Below are positions 37,772 to 47,734 of a DNA stretch of 56,717 nucleotides, piece by piece. Each line of letters opens with the position of its first letter. Position 1 is the stretch's first letter. The notes below the pieces were generated by a model. The model ran no database searches, was not told the DNA's origin, and saw only the letters and a program-made list of their open reading frames with translations. The stretch spans positions 1 to 56,717 of the forward strand of contig JAGBIA010000109.1 of the NCBI GenBank assembly GCA_017935225.1, read 5' to 3'. The position numbers were made by a program, and so were the translations under genes. Origin of the DNA: Clostridia bacterium (GTDB lineage: Bacteria; Bacillota; Clostridia; Oscillospirales; CAG-272).

Positions 37772-39193
37772 TCATTCAAACCAATGTACCTTACCGCGAA
37801 GGAACTTCTCGTAGGAATTATCCGAAACAGCGTTAACGTCGAATATCGGATCAAGAATAGTTCCGTTTCCGTCCGCACTGGTAAGCGACAAGTACTTACA
37901 CTTCTCCGCAGGAGCCGTATAGAATGCAGATACCGATCTTGCGACCGATCTCCAGCTGTAAGAGGAGATAGCTACCTGAGTATTATCTGCAAAGTCCTCG
38001 GTCCATCTTGCCACGCAAGACATAAGGAATGAGGTAGTGGACGAAATATTGAATGCAACCGCGAAATTGGTCGCGCTACAGTTGTCGAACCAGTTTCTGC
38101 TTCCGTTATCCTGGAAGCCGTAGCAACGTTCGTACATGCCCTGCAGCTTCTTATTCATATTGAAGGTTACGTGGATATCGCGGATGAGGTTTGCCGCGGT
38201 GTCGATCTTAACGCCGACCTGAACGTTTGAAATACGCATATTGGAGTAGGTATTATCCCATCCTGCGATGTGGAGTCCTACCGAGTTTCTCTCACCGTTA
38301 CCGACTATTCTGATATTCTCGATATCAGCGTCTGAAGATCCGCTGTTTGCGCCGTACTTGACGTAAAGTCCCACCTGAGTGTTTACGATGGTAACGTCGC
38401 GGACCGAGGTCTCTCTTCCGTGTGCAACGACAACGCCGTCTGCCTTGCCGTTTCCGTCGATGATACCGCCCTCGATGTAGTAATTACTTCCGGGAACCGT
38501 AATGCTGTTGAGCTGATCCTGTCCGCCGAGAAGGATCATTCCCTCCTGCGAATCATCCCAATCGTCGCTCGCCTTGATTACGGCATTATCCGACAGCTTG
38601 AGTGCCACACTCAGAAGACTGTTGGACGGTGTCGCGATAGGCTTGGAGATGATATACTCACCGTCAGGGAAATAGATGACCTGATTTACGTGATCGTGCA
38701 TATCGATGACCTTCTGGATCTCTGCCGCCACATCCTTACCCGTGTTAGGAGTAAGATACTCGGTTATAACAACATATCCCTGATCCTTAAAGCCCATATC
38801 GTTATCTTCGAGTTCAGCCTTCTTGACAGGCTCTGCAGGCTTCTTTGAGGAGATATACTTAGGAATAAAGAAATCTCCCTCTGCAAGATCCATAAGCGGA
38901 TACTTACCGATAACTTCATCGGGGTCTGAAATAGCGCCGATCCATGTCTCATTGATGTCTATCTTAACAAGTTCAAACTTAGACGAGGTTATTTTGTCGC
39001 CCGCCTTGATTGGTTTCGTTACTCTTAGCACCTCTACCATATTAGGATCAGAGTTGCCTGCATCCTCCGCTGCGGGCTCAGATGCGTATGCATTACACGC
39101 ACTGAGAAGAGTAACGGAAAGCATAGACACGCAAAGCAGAAGTGCGATCATACACAGTCTTTGGTGCTTACGCTTACTGTAGGTTTTGTTCAT
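37772..39193 (-). CDS. SAF-like / beta-helix lipoprotein, array paralog 11/16, subtype B
   Basis: ATG 39193 after AAAGGAGAA (the track ORF extends to 39244). Lipobox LLSA|C. VIYFPDGEYIISKPI. GSNYYIEGGIIDGNGKADGVVV. Confidence 0.75.
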   Translation of the reverse strand: MNKTYSKRKHQRLCMIALLLCVSMLSVTLLSACNAYASEPAAEDAGNSDPNMVEVLRVTKPIKAGDKITSSKFELVKIDINETWIGAISDPDEVIGKYPLMDLAEGDFFIPKYISSKKPAEPVKKAELEDNDMGFKDQGYVVITEYLTPNTGKDVAAEIQKVIDMHDHVNQVIYFPDGEYIISKPIATPSNSLLSVALKLSDNAVIKASDDWDDSQEGMILLGGQDQLNSITVPGSNYYIEGGIIDGNGKADGVVVAHGRETSVRDVTIVNTQVGLYVKYGANSGSSDADIENIRIVGNGERNSVGLHIAGWDNTYSNMRISNVQVGVKIDTAANLIRDIHVTFNMNKKLQGMYERCYGFQDNGSRNWFDNCSATNFAVAFNISSTTSFLMSCVARWTEDFADNTQVAISSYSWRSVARSVSAFYTAPAEKCKYLSLTSADGNGTILDPIFDVNAVSDNSYEKFLRGKVHWFE

Positions 39194-39257
39194 AATCAAT
39201 TCTCCTTTCATAACACAATTTTCACCCAAAGCGAAAGTTCGCATTATGCATCAATGT

Positions 39258-39286
39258 ATTATAACATACGAAATCTGCAAAGTCAA
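39258..39286 (-). promoter_or_regulatory. Internal sigma-A promoter within the array
   Basis: On the minus strand: TTGACT (rc 39281-39286), 17-nt spacer, TGtTATAAT (rc 39258-39266). A hairpin AAAGCTG...CAGCTTT plus a T-run lies just upstream (about 39335-39365). Confidence 0.55.
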
Positions 39287-39374
39287 TACTTTTAATTATT
39301 CACAGATAATTTTTGTGCATCTTGCACAAAAATAAAGCTGCTGCAAAAAGCGACAGCTTTAAGGTAATTTTTAT

Positions 39375-40766
39375 TTAATTGATTATAGGATCATTGATAA
39401 GGTAATCCTTTGCCACATCGCGCTCCGAGACCTTATCTGCCTTGTAAGCAGCACCGTCGATAGTACCACTTCCGCCTTCTTCTCCTACAAGCAGGAAGTT
39501 GCACTCAATTCCCTCTCTGTTGATACCGAATTCAGCGTCAGCCATACGGATCATAGCGTCAAACTTCCCCTCGCACACGAATGCGTTGTGGTAGCCGAAG
39601 CCCTCGGTGTACCAATAGTTGAAGCAACAGTCAAAGATCGATCTATTGCCCTCAACAAGATAAAATCCTGTTGAGAACTGATCGTTGTAGCAGTTATCGT
39701 AGAAGTTGCGCGTACCGCCGTCGTAGAAAGCGATGCTGTCAACGTAGTTCTCTTCAGCATTCAATCCGCTCCTGAAAACGTACAGCGGATGGAGATTGCG
39801 CAAGAAGTTTCCGTCACCGAGCAGCTTTATGCATATCTGGTTTGCCGCGATACGCATATTTGTCAGCGTATTATTATCGGTCTCGAGTATAACGCCGACC
39901 GAATCGAGCGTTCCGCTGCCTACGATATTAGTGGTCACGACGTCAACCGTCGGTCCGTTGCCGTCTGCGTCAGCCTTTACGTGTATGCCGACCACCGCGT
40001 ACTTGATCGCAGAGTATCTGATCGAGACATTTCCGCCTCCCACTACCCAGATAGCGTCCGCACGGCTATCGCCGTTGAGGATACCGCCCTCGAATACAAC
40101 TCCGTTCTCTGCATCGGGCTCCTCGCTCGCCTCGTCCTTCGCCCCTATCTTGAAGAGTGGCTCACCGTAGGTCCAACTCTCCATAGGCTTGAACTGTGCA
40201 TAGTTTGAGAGCTTGAAGGAGACCTTCTTGTCGGGATCTGCCGAGGTCTCGATAGGCTTCGAGAGAAGATAAGTTCCGTCGGGGAAATAGAGCGTGCAGT
40301 TGGGATTTTCGTCGATAAGCTTCTGTATCGCATCTGCCGCATCATTCTTGGGATCGGGCTTGAGGTAGTCCGAGACAAGCACGTAGCCCGCGTCGGCAAA
40401 GTTGAGCTCGTTGTCCTCCTCTTTTTCCTCTTCCTCTTCAACAGGCTTCTTGCCCGAGATCTTCTCAGCGCTGAAGAAATCACCAGCAAAGATCTGCGCG
40501 GTCGCGAACCTTCCCACCACATCTTCGGTAGCGCCCAAAGCGCCTGCGGGGACGACCGCGGCATCCATAACCACGATCTCGACGTTCTCCTCGGATATCT
40601 TGTCACCTGCTTTTATTCCCGTCTTGGCTCTGACGACATTTACCTTGTCGCCGCCGTCTGCCGCCTCGGGCTCGTTGTCGCAGGAGACGAGCGCTCCGCA
40701 AAGCAGCATCGAAAGGCACAGCAAAGCGCTGACGAGGACCTTTGCAAATTTATTTATTTTCATCAT
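39375..40766 (-). CDS. SAF-like / beta-helix lipoprotein, array paralog 10/16, subtype A'
   Basis: Lipobox ALVS|C. VNVVRAKTGIKAGDKI. CTLYFPDGTYLLSKPI. C-terminus KDYLINDPIIN. Confidence 0.75.
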   Translation of the reverse strand: MMKINKFAKVLVSALLCLSMLLCGALVSCDNEPEAADGGDKVNVVRAKTGIKAGDKISEENVEIVVMDAAVVPAGALGATEDVVGRFATAQIFAGDFFSAEKISGKKPVEEEEEKEEDNELNFADAGYVLVSDYLKPDPKNDAADAIQKLIDENPNCTLYFPDGTYLLSKPIETSADPDKKVSFKLSNYAQFKPMESWTYGEPLFKIGAKDEASEEPDAENGVVFEGGILNGDSRADAIWVVGGGNVSIRYSAIKYAVVGIHVKADADGNGPTVDVVTTNIVGSGTLDSVGVILETDNNTLTNMRIAANQICIKLLGDGNFLRNLHPLYVFRSGLNAEENYVDSIAFYDGGTRNFYDNCYNDQFSTGFYLVEGNRSIFDCCFNYWYTEGFGYHNAFVCEGKFDAMIRMADAEFGINREGIECNFLLVGEEGGSGTIDGAAYKADKVSERDVAKDYLINDPIIN

Positions 40767-40785
40767 ATTTTCTCCTTTGCTTCAA

Positions 40786-42183
40786 TCACTTGGTGCTGCT
40801 CGATCTCAGATATTGCTTGTAAACGTCGCCGCTGACGGCATTCTCGTCGAATATCGGATCGTATATATAGCCGCGCCCCTCTCTTTGCACAACGAGGAAC
40901 TCGCATTTCTCTTTAGGTGCTGAAAATTCTGCCACAAACGAGCGCACGACACCGTTGAACTGTCCGTGCGTCGCGGTGAGCGCGACCTGCCGTCCGCTTC
41001 CGTAAACCTCATCCCAGCTTGCCACGCAGTTTGTCATCGTATCACCGTGGTGAGCAAGCGAAAAGGCGGTAGAAAAGCCCTCGCTGACGCAGGTATCGAA
41101 CCAACATCTGTGATCTCGGCTGAGAAATCCGTAGCTTGCCTCATAAAGCGGATCAAGTCTGAAATTGGGTATATACTTTACGCGTATATTGCGGAAGATA
41201 TGCGCAGGAGAGTCGGTTCTGACACCGATCTGCACGTTAGAGATGCGGAAATTCGTAAAGGTGCTGTCCGAACCCTCAACGTGAAGTCCGATAGATCCGG
41301 GCGCGCCGTTTCCGATGATCGTGATATTCTCCGCATCCGAGTCTACCACGTTGCCATATTTATTGAAGTGAACACCCGTCACGGTATTGACGACAGTGAG
41401 GTTTCTTATCGAGGTCTCTCTGCCGCCATCTATCGAAATGCCGTCTGCTCTGCCGTTTCCGTCGATAATTCCGCCCTCAATATAGTAGTTTGCTCCGGCA
41501 ATATCAATATTGTTGGTATTATCCTTTGCACCGAGCTTTATCATCGCGCCGTTATCCTTGCTCCAATCGTCGCTTGCCTTGATGACAGCATTGGGCGCGA
41601 GCTTGAGCGAGATGCTCTTCGTACCCGCTGACGAGGTCGAGATCGGCTTCGAGATGATATACTCGCCATCGGGAAAATAGATAACCTTATTGATGCTTGT
41701 GGGCATACTTATGATCTTTCTGATCTCCTCGATCAGATCGTTGCCACCGTTTGGCGTGAGATAGTCGGTGACTACAATGACTCCCTGTCCACGAAAGCCG
41801 AAATCGTTTTTCTCAAGCTCTACCTCGACCTTCTCGGCTTCAGGCTTTTCGTCAGACAGATATGCGCCGATCAAGTAATCGCCCACTTCAAGATCTATCA
41901 GCGCGTACTTACCTCTGGCCAGAGTCTGATCGCTTATCGCACCCGCTACTGCTTCGTTCTTTCCAACACTCACCTCTTCGTACTTCGCCGAGGTGATCTT
42001 CTCGCCTCTCGCAACGTCCTCTGTCAAGCGTAAGACAGTGACGATAGGATCGTCAGCGAGATCCTCGCCCACATCCTGCTTATTGCAAGCCGAGAGCGCA
42101 AATGTCAGCAGAAGAGCGCAAACGAGAGTAAGTACGAGAGCGCGCGGACTTCTTTTTTCTTTGATTTTGTGAATGAATGCCAT
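40786..42183 (-). CDS. SAF-like / beta-helix lipoprotein, array paralog 9/16, subtype B
   Basis: RBS AAGGAGAA. Lipobox ALSA|C. VIYFPDGEYIISKPIS. GANYYIEGGIIDGNGRADGISIDGGRETSIRNLTVVNT. Confidence 0.75.
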   Translation of the reverse strand: MAFIHKIKEKRSPRALVLTLVCALLLTFALSACNKQDVGEDLADDPIVTVLRLTEDVARGEKITSAKYEEVSVGKNEAVAGAISDQTLARGKYALIDLEVGDYLIGAYLSDEKPEAEKVEVELEKNDFGFRGQGVIVVTDYLTPNGGNDLIEEIRKIISMPTSINKVIYFPDGEYIISKPISTSSAGTKSISLKLAPNAVIKASDDWSKDNGAMIKLGAKDNTNNIDIAGANYYIEGGIIDGNGRADGISIDGGRETSIRNLTVVNTVTGVHFNKYGNVVDSDAENITIIGNGAPGSIGLHVEGSDSTFTNFRISNVQIGVRTDSPAHIFRNIRVKYIPNFRLDPLYEASYGFLSRDHRCWFDTCVSEGFSTAFSLAHHGDTMTNCVASWDEVYGSGRQVALTATHGQFNGVVRSFVAEFSAPKEKCEFLVVQREGRGYIYDPIFDENAVSGDVYKQYLRSSSTK

Positions 42184-42257
42184 ACATTCTCCTTAATTTT
42201 ATTAGGAAAGGCTCGGTCAGCTGCTCGCCGACCGAGCCAAGTGATAAGATCTTTCGA

Positions 42258-43280
42258 TCACTTTCTCCAGACTACTCTGTTTACAAGATATTCGCTGTAA
42301 TCGTCTCCGCCGTCAAGATTTACGTCAAAGTTAGGCAGATCGAGAACTCCGCCGCCGCCAGGCTCTCCAACCTTAAGGAATGCGCGATTGGTAACGTCGC
42401 TGCGAAGGTCAACGCGGTAGCTCTTTACGATAGAATTGAATTTTCCGTCGCTGAGGAATCCCACCTGCTTGTCGCCGCGGTTAGAGTACCAATAAGCATA
42501 GCAGTCGGTATATGTCGACATAGTGTGACCGCTGGTGCGGAATCCTGTCGCAAAGTTATCGGGATAGCAGATCTCGTACCAGTTACCGCCGCTTACGTCC
42601 CAGAAACCGATGCTGTCCTTATAGTCGTAATTATCGCTGTAGATATAGAGATTGTGGAGATATCTCAAGAAGTTGCCTGCACCGCCGAGCTTGATTCCGA
42701 TCTCGAAGCCCGCAACACGCATATCGTTGAAGGTGTTGTCATAGCCGTCGCAGATAACGCCGATAGAGCCGGGGAGATTCATACCTACGATGTGTACGTT
42801 CTCGATGTCCGCGTCGTTAGAGCCGTATTCCTTGTTGTATTTTACGTTAAGTCCCTGAGTTACGAATTTAATGGAAAGATTTCTGATGCAGGTCTCGCGT
42901 CCGCCGTCGATAGAAACGCCCTTTGCAACTCCGCTTCCGTCGATGCATCCGCCTGCGAGGTAATAATTAGTACCTGTCTCCCAGATGGTGAACTTCTTGT
43001 TGAGCGCGCCGAGTCTGATCATAGCCTCGTCACTCGACCAATCCTTAGTTGCCTTGATAACTGCAAAATTGGAGAGGTTGAGCGATACCGCGTACTTTGC
43101 GTCGCTCGAGGTACAGAGCGGCTTCGAGATCATATATTCACCGTCAGGGAAATATATGGTCTTTCTGGGGTTGGAGTCGATGATATTCTGCAGAGCGTCT
43201 GCGAGGTCCTCACCCGTGTTTGCCTTGACGTAATCTGTAACTACTACGTATCCAAGATCCTTTGCGTTTACTTCACTCAT
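42258..43280 (-). CDS. Beta-helix protein, short signal-less form, array paralog 8/16, subtype C
   Basis: RBS GGAGGAA. It starts MSEVNAKDLGYVVVTDYVKANTGEDL..KTIYFPDGEYMISKPL, with no signal peptide or SAF segment. C-terminus RVVWRK. Confidence 0.75.
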   Translation of the reverse strand: MSEVNAKDLGYVVVTDYVKANTGEDLADALQNIIDSNPRKTIYFPDGEYMISKPLCTSSDAKYAVSLNLSNFAVIKATKDWSSDEAMIRLGALNKKFTIWETGTNYYLAGGCIDGSGVAKGVSIDGGRETCIRNLSIKFVTQGLNVKYNKEYGSNDADIENVHIVGMNLPGSIGVICDGYDNTFNDMRVAGFEIGIKLGGAGNFLRYLHNLYIYSDNYDYKDSIGFWDVSGGNWYEICYPDNFATGFRTSGHTMSTYTDCYAYWYSNRGDKQVGFLSDGKFNSIVKSYRVDLRSDVTNRAFLKVGEPGGGGVLDLPNFDVNLDGGDDYSEYLVNRVVWRK

Positions 43281-43347
43281 TTTAAATTCCTCCGTTATTA
43301 TATTTTGTATCGAATACCAATTTTACGGTGTAATATCCGTTTTGTTC

Positions 43348-43407
43348 ATTATACCATATCAAAAAAAGCAAGTCAATTCCTTTTGGAGAAATTAAACTTG
43401 CTTTTTT
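43348..43407 (-). promoter_or_regulatory. Terminator hairpin fused to a sigma-A promoter (module 1)
   Basis: On the minus strand: AAAAAAGCAAGT...AATTGACTTGCTTTTTTT. The 3' arm carries the -35 TTGACT (rc 43371-43376). A 17-nt T-rich spacer leads to TGgTATAAT (rc 43348-43356). Confidence 0.6.
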
Positions 43408-43449
43408 GAAAAATTTTTATATTTTTATGCAGTTTTTACAAAAACCGAC

Positions 43450-44484
43450 TCAGATAATTCTACCCGTAACGAACTTCTTGTAGGTCTTATCGGTAACGAG
43501 GTTATCGTCGATGATGGGATTGTCGATAAATCCGTGTCCGCCTGCGCCCTCGGGAAGAACGAGAACTGCGTTATTGGTAGTGTCGCCTCTGAAGTGGATC
43601 TTGGGGTTGGTGATCGACGCGTTGAAGTCGCCGTCACACTGGAAGCCGACCTCCTTGTTTCCTCTGGGGGAGTACCACATAATGAATGCGTTTACGATAA
43701 CAGCCTTGGAGCCGGGGATGAGCTTGTAGCCTGTAGCCATCTGATCGCTGTAGCAGTAGTCGTACCAGTTGGTGCCCGATACTTCCTCAAGGAACGCGAT
43801 GCTGTCCTCGAAGTTTATATCGTCCTCTGCATACTCGTAGCCGTAGATGAAGAGCGGGTGGATATTGCGCAGGCAGTTTCCGCCGCTGCGGAGCTTGATA
43901 CCTACCTCGATAGCAGCTATACGCATATTGGTAAGAGTATTGTCGTAGCCCTCGATAAGAACGCCAACAGAGCCCTTCTTGTTGTTACCTACGATATTTA
44001 CGGTCTCGATATCAGCGTCGGAAGAGCCGTTGTTTGCGCCGCGCTTGATGTGGATACCGATAAATGTGTGCTTGATGGATACGTTGCGGATAGAGGTCTC
44101 ACGTCCCGAGTCGATGGAAATTCCGTTTGCAACGCCGTTTCCGTCAACGATACCGCCTGCGAAAGAGTAGTTGCTTCCGTTGCGGTAGATGGTGTTATAA
44201 GGCTCAGCCGCGCCGAGTCTTACCATAGCCTCGGTGTGATCCCAACCGTCAGCAGCCTTGAGGACAGCGAAGTTGGAGAGCTGGAGAGATACTGCGGTCT
44301 CAGGCTTGCCCGAGGTGCAGATCGGCTTTGCGAGGATATACTCGCCGTCGGGGAAATATATTGTTCTCATGGGGTTCTCGTCGATGATCTTCTGGATGGC
44401 ATCAGACACGTCCTTACCCGTGTTTGCCTCAAGATAATCTGTCACTACTACGTAGCCGAGAGCGTTTGCGTTGATATCGTTCAT
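43450..44484 (-). CDS. Beta-helix protein, short signal-less form, array paralog 7/16, subtype D
   Basis: RBS GGAGGAAAA. MNDINANALGYVVVTDYLEANTGKDVSDAIQKIIDENPMRTIYFPDGEYILAKPICTS. Confidence 0.75.
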   Translation of the reverse strand: MNDINANALGYVVVTDYLEANTGKDVSDAIQKIIDENPMRTIYFPDGEYILAKPICTSGKPETAVSLQLSNFAVLKAADGWDHTEAMVRLGAAEPYNTIYRNGSNYSFAGGIVDGNGVANGISIDSGRETSIRNVSIKHTFIGIHIKRGANNGSSDADIETVNIVGNNKKGSVGVLIEGYDNTLTNMRIAAIEVGIKLRSGGNCLRNIHPLFIYGYEYAEDDINFEDSIAFLEEVSGTNWYDYCYSDQMATGYKLIPGSKAVIVNAFIMWYSPRGNKEVGFQCDGDFNASITNPKIHFRGDTTNNAVLVLPEGAGGHGFIDNPIIDDNLVTDKTYKKFVTGRII

Positions 44485-44534
44485 TGTTTTTTCCTCCGTT
44501 TAGAGATTTTTCGGCGTGTGCCGTTCTTATAGTA

Positions 44535-44595
44535 ATTATAACATACAAAAAATAGCAAGTCAATCACTTTTTTGCAATTGACCTGCTATTTTTTA
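44535..44595 (-). promoter_or_regulatory. Terminator hairpin fused to a sigma-A promoter (module 2)
   Basis: On the minus strand: TAGCAGGTCAAT-TGCAAAAAAGTG-ATTGACTTGCTA plus a T-run. -35 TTGACT (rc 44558-44563), 17-nt spacer, TGtTATAAT (rc 44535-44543). Confidence 0.6.
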
Positions 44596-44605
44596 GCTTA
44601 AACTC

Positions 44606-45619
44606 TTAATTTCTGTGTACCACGTGGCCTACGAGGTAGTCCTTATAGGTCTCGTCGTCGCAGTTCTCGGGGGTAAAGATCGGGTTCTCTACGATTCCGA
44701 GTCCACCGCTCTCGCTGACCTTAAGGAACGCGCGGTTGGTGCAGTCGCCGCGAAGAGCGATATTTGCGTTGCAGATGCTTGCGGCAAACTTGCCCTCTTC
44801 ACACTCAAATCCCACGTACTTAACTCCGCGGTTGGAGTACCACATACCGAAGCAGTGTTGGAATACGGGGGTTGCGCCGCCCTTGAATCTGAATCCCGTT
44901 GCCATTTCGTCGCTGTAGCAGTAGCTGTACCAGTTGTTGCCCCAGCTCTGATCGTCAAACGCGATACTCTTGGTCTGATCGACCTCTCCGCCGTAGATAA
45001 AGAGCGGATGGATGTCGCGCAGCGAGTTGCCCGCACTCTTCATAAGAATACCTGTCTGAACCGACGCGATACGCATATTGCGCACCGTGTTGTCGTAACC
45101 CTCGAGGAAAACTCCGACAGAATTTTCCTTGTTGTTACCAACGACGTTGACCATCTCGATATCCGAGTCGGACGAGCCGTTGTTTGCGCCGCGCTTTACG
45201 TGAATACCGATCTGTGTATTCTTGATAGAAATGTGAGAGATGAGAGTCTCACGTCCCGAGTCTACCGAGATACCGTTTGCGACACCGTTTCCGTCGATGA
45301 TACCGCCCTTGAAGTGATAGTTGCTTCCGGGGATGGTGATGCTGTTGAACGGATAGATTCCGCCCATGCGTACAAGCGCCTCGGGGCTGTCCCATCCGTC
45401 TGCCGCCTTGATGATAGCGAAGCAGGAAAGCTCGAGAGATACTGCGATCCTCGGGTCTGCGGGGGTGCAGATCGGCTTTGCGAGCAGGTACTCACCGTCG
45501 GGGAAATAGATAGTCTTGTGGGGGTTATCGTTGATTATCTGCTGAAGCGCATCCGAGACGTCCTTACCTGTATTCGCCTCGATATAATCCGTAACTACTA
45601 CGTATCCGTTGTTATTCAT
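44606..45619 (-). CDS. Beta-helix protein, short signal-less form, array paralog 6/16, subtype D
   Basis: RBS AGAGG. MNNNGYVVVTDYIEANTGKDVSDALQQIINDNPHKTIYFPDGEYLLAKPICT. Confidence 0.75.
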   Translation of the reverse strand: MNNNGYVVVTDYIEANTGKDVSDALQQIINDNPHKTIYFPDGEYLLAKPICTPADPRIAVSLELSCFAIIKAADGWDSPEALVRMGGIYPFNSITIPGSNYHFKGGIIDGNGVANGISVDSGRETLISHISIKNTQIGIHVKRGANNGSSDSDIEMVNVVGNNKENSVGVFLEGYDNTVRNMRIASVQTGILMKSAGNSLRDIHPLFIYGGEVDQTKSIAFDDQSWGNNWYSYCYSDEMATGFRFKGGATPVFQHCFGMWYSNRGVKYVGFECEEGKFAASICNANIALRGDCTNRAFLKVSESGGLGIVENPIFTPENCDDETYKDYLVGHVVHRN

Positions 45620-45646
45620 AATCTACCTCTTTTTTTATTCTTAGAT

Positions 45647-46669
45647 TTAAAGATTTGTCATATCCTTGTCTACGACATACTTCTTGTAGGTGTGGTCGTT
45701 ATACTGCTCGGGAACGATAAGCGGATAGCTGATAGTTCCCTGTCCGCCCTCCTGCGTTTCGGTCAGATATGCCTTGAACTCGCACTCGTGGCGGTCGAAG
45801 ACGTTGCAGCTGCGAAGCACCGAGTTAAATCTTCCGTCTGCGTGGAATCCGACAGCCTTACCGCCTCTGCCCGTGTACCAATAGCAGATACAGTCGGTGT
45901 AGATCTGGCGCGCGCCGTCTTTCATACGGAAGCCGACTGCGAACTGATCGCTGTAGCAACAGTTATATATGCTGTGGAACCAGGTGTCGTCCCAGAATGC
46001 GCAGCTTGCCTTGAATACCTCGTCCTTCTCGAGATCGCCTCTGAAGGTGTAGAGAGGATGGATGTTCTTCATAAGCTGAGAGGATGCAAGAATCTTAAAT
46101 CCGAACTGAACGCCCGCGATACGCATATTGGTAAAGCTGTTGTCCGAGCCCTCGATGAGCACGCCGACCGAGCCTTCCTTGCAGTTGCCCACGATGTTTA
46201 CGTTCTGCACGTCAGCGTCCGAGGAGTTCGAGTTTGCGCCGTGCTTGATGTGAATTCCGACGAAGGTATTCTTGATCGACACCTTCTCGATAAGAGTCTC
46301 GCGTCCCGAGTCGATGGAAATTCCCTTTGCAACTCCGCTACCGTCGATAATACCGCCGAAAATGCCGTAATTGCTTCCGTTTATTCTGATATTGTTAAAG
46401 GGCTCAGCCGCGCCGAGACGAACCATAGCCTCGTCGCTGTCCCATCCGTCTGCCGCCTTGAGAGTTGCGAACTTTGAAAGTTCGAGATTTACTGCATTAG
46501 CTCCGTTTGCGGAAGTGCAGATCGGCTTTGCGAGGATATATTCTCCGTCGGGGAAATATATCGTTCTGTGGGGATTTTCGTCAATTATCTTCTGTATTGC
46601 ATCCGATACGTCCTTGCCCGTATTAGCCTCGACGTAGTCGGTTACAACAATATAACCTTTATCGTACAT
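45647..46669 (-). CDS. Beta-helix protein, short signal-less form, array paralog 5/16, subtype D
   Basis: MYDKGYIVVTDYVEANTGKDVSDAIQKIIDENPHRTIYFPDGEYILAKPICTS. The C-terminal third is closely related to the 46691 copy. Confidence 0.75.
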   Translation of the reverse strand: MYDKGYIVVTDYVEANTGKDVSDAIQKIIDENPHRTIYFPDGEYILAKPICTSANGANAVNLELSKFATLKAADGWDSDEAMVRLGAAEPFNNIRINGSNYGIFGGIIDGSGVAKGISIDSGRETLIEKVSIKNTFVGIHIKHGANSNSSDADVQNVNIVGNCKEGSVGVLIEGSDNSFTNMRIAGVQFGFKILASSQLMKNIHPLYTFRGDLEKDEVFKASCAFWDDTWFHSIYNCCYSDQFAVGFRMKDGARQIYTDCICYWYTGRGGKAVGFHADGRFNSVLRSCNVFDRHECEFKAYLTETQEGGQGTISYPLIVPEQYNDHTYKKYVVDKDMTNL

Positions 46670-46690
46670 AATTTACCTCTCTTTTAATGA

Positions 46691-47716
46691 TTATAAGCTT
46701 GTAATTTCCTTATCTATAAGATATTTTTTGTATGTGTGGTCGGTGAACTGCTCTGGTTTGATCAGCGGATGGCTTATCACACCCTGTCCTCCCTCCTCTG
46801 CCACCGCGAGATACGCTTTGACCTCGCACTCGTGACGGTCGTCAACATGGCAACTGCGGAGCACAGAGTTGAATTTTCCGTCGCAGTAAAAGCCGATCGC
46901 CTTACCGCCTCTTCCGCTATACCAATAGCAGAGACAGTCTGTGTATATCAAGCGCGAACCGCCTCTCATACGGAATCCGACCGCGAACTGATCGCTGTAG
47001 CAGGAATTGTACAGTCCGTGCGTCCAGGTATCATCCCAGAACGCGCAGCTCTCCTTATACACCTCGTCCTTTGCGAGATCCCCTCTGAAGCTATAGAGCG
47101 GGTGAATACTTTTAAGATGCTGGGAAGAGGCGAGTATCTTAAAGCCGAACTGAACACCGGCTATACGCATATTTGTAAACGTATTATCACATCCTTCGAC
47201 AAGAACGCCCACAGATCCTTCCTTGCAGTTGCCGACAATATTTACGTTCATAATATCGGCATCGGAAGAATTGACGTTTGCTCCGTGCTTGATGTGTAGA
47301 CCGATCTGTGTATTTTTAATAGACACCTCGCGGATGAGGGTTTCTCTTCCGCTATCAATAGACACGCCGTTGGCAATACCGCTTCCGTCAATGATACCGC
47401 CGATCATTCCGTAGTTGCTTCCGTTTACGGTTATGGTATTGAAAGGCTCTGCCGCGCCAAGACGTACTATAGCCTCATTTTCGGACCACTCTTCAGACGC
47501 CTTAAGCGTCGCAAATTTGGAAAGCTCAAGCGACACCGCGTTAACGGGATTTGCAGGGGTGCAGATCGGCTTTGAAAGGATATACTCACCGTCGGGAAAA
47601 TATACCGTTCTGTGGGGATTTTCGTCAATGATCTTCTGTATCGCGTCGGATACGTCGATACCTGTGTTAGCCTCGATATAATCGGTAACTACTACGTAGC
47701 CTCTGTTTTCGATCAT
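46691..47716 (-). CDS. Beta-helix protein, short signal-less form, array paralog 4/16, subtype D (mosaic)
   Basis: MIENRGYVVVTDYIEANTGIDVSDAIQKIIDENPHRTVYFPDGEYILSKPICT. The N-terminal part resembles the 47735 copy and the C-terminal part resembles the 45647 copy. Confidence 0.75.
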   Translation of the reverse strand: MIENRGYVVVTDYIEANTGIDVSDAIQKIIDENPHRTVYFPDGEYILSKPICTPANPVNAVSLELSKFATLKASEEWSENEAIVRLGAAEPFNTITVNGSNYGMIGGIIDGSGIANGVSIDSGRETLIREVSIKNTQIGLHIKHGANVNSSDADIMNVNIVGNCKEGSVGVLVEGCDNTFTNMRIAGVQFGFKILASSQHLKSIHPLYSFRGDLAKDEVYKESCAFWDDTWTHGLYNSCYSDQFAVGFRMRGGSRLIYTDCLCYWYSGRGGKAIGFYCDGKFNSVLRSCHVDDRHECEVKAYLAVAEEGGQGVISHPLIKPEQFTDHTYKKYLIDKEITSL

Positions 47717-47734
47717 TGCTTTTCTCCTTTGCTT

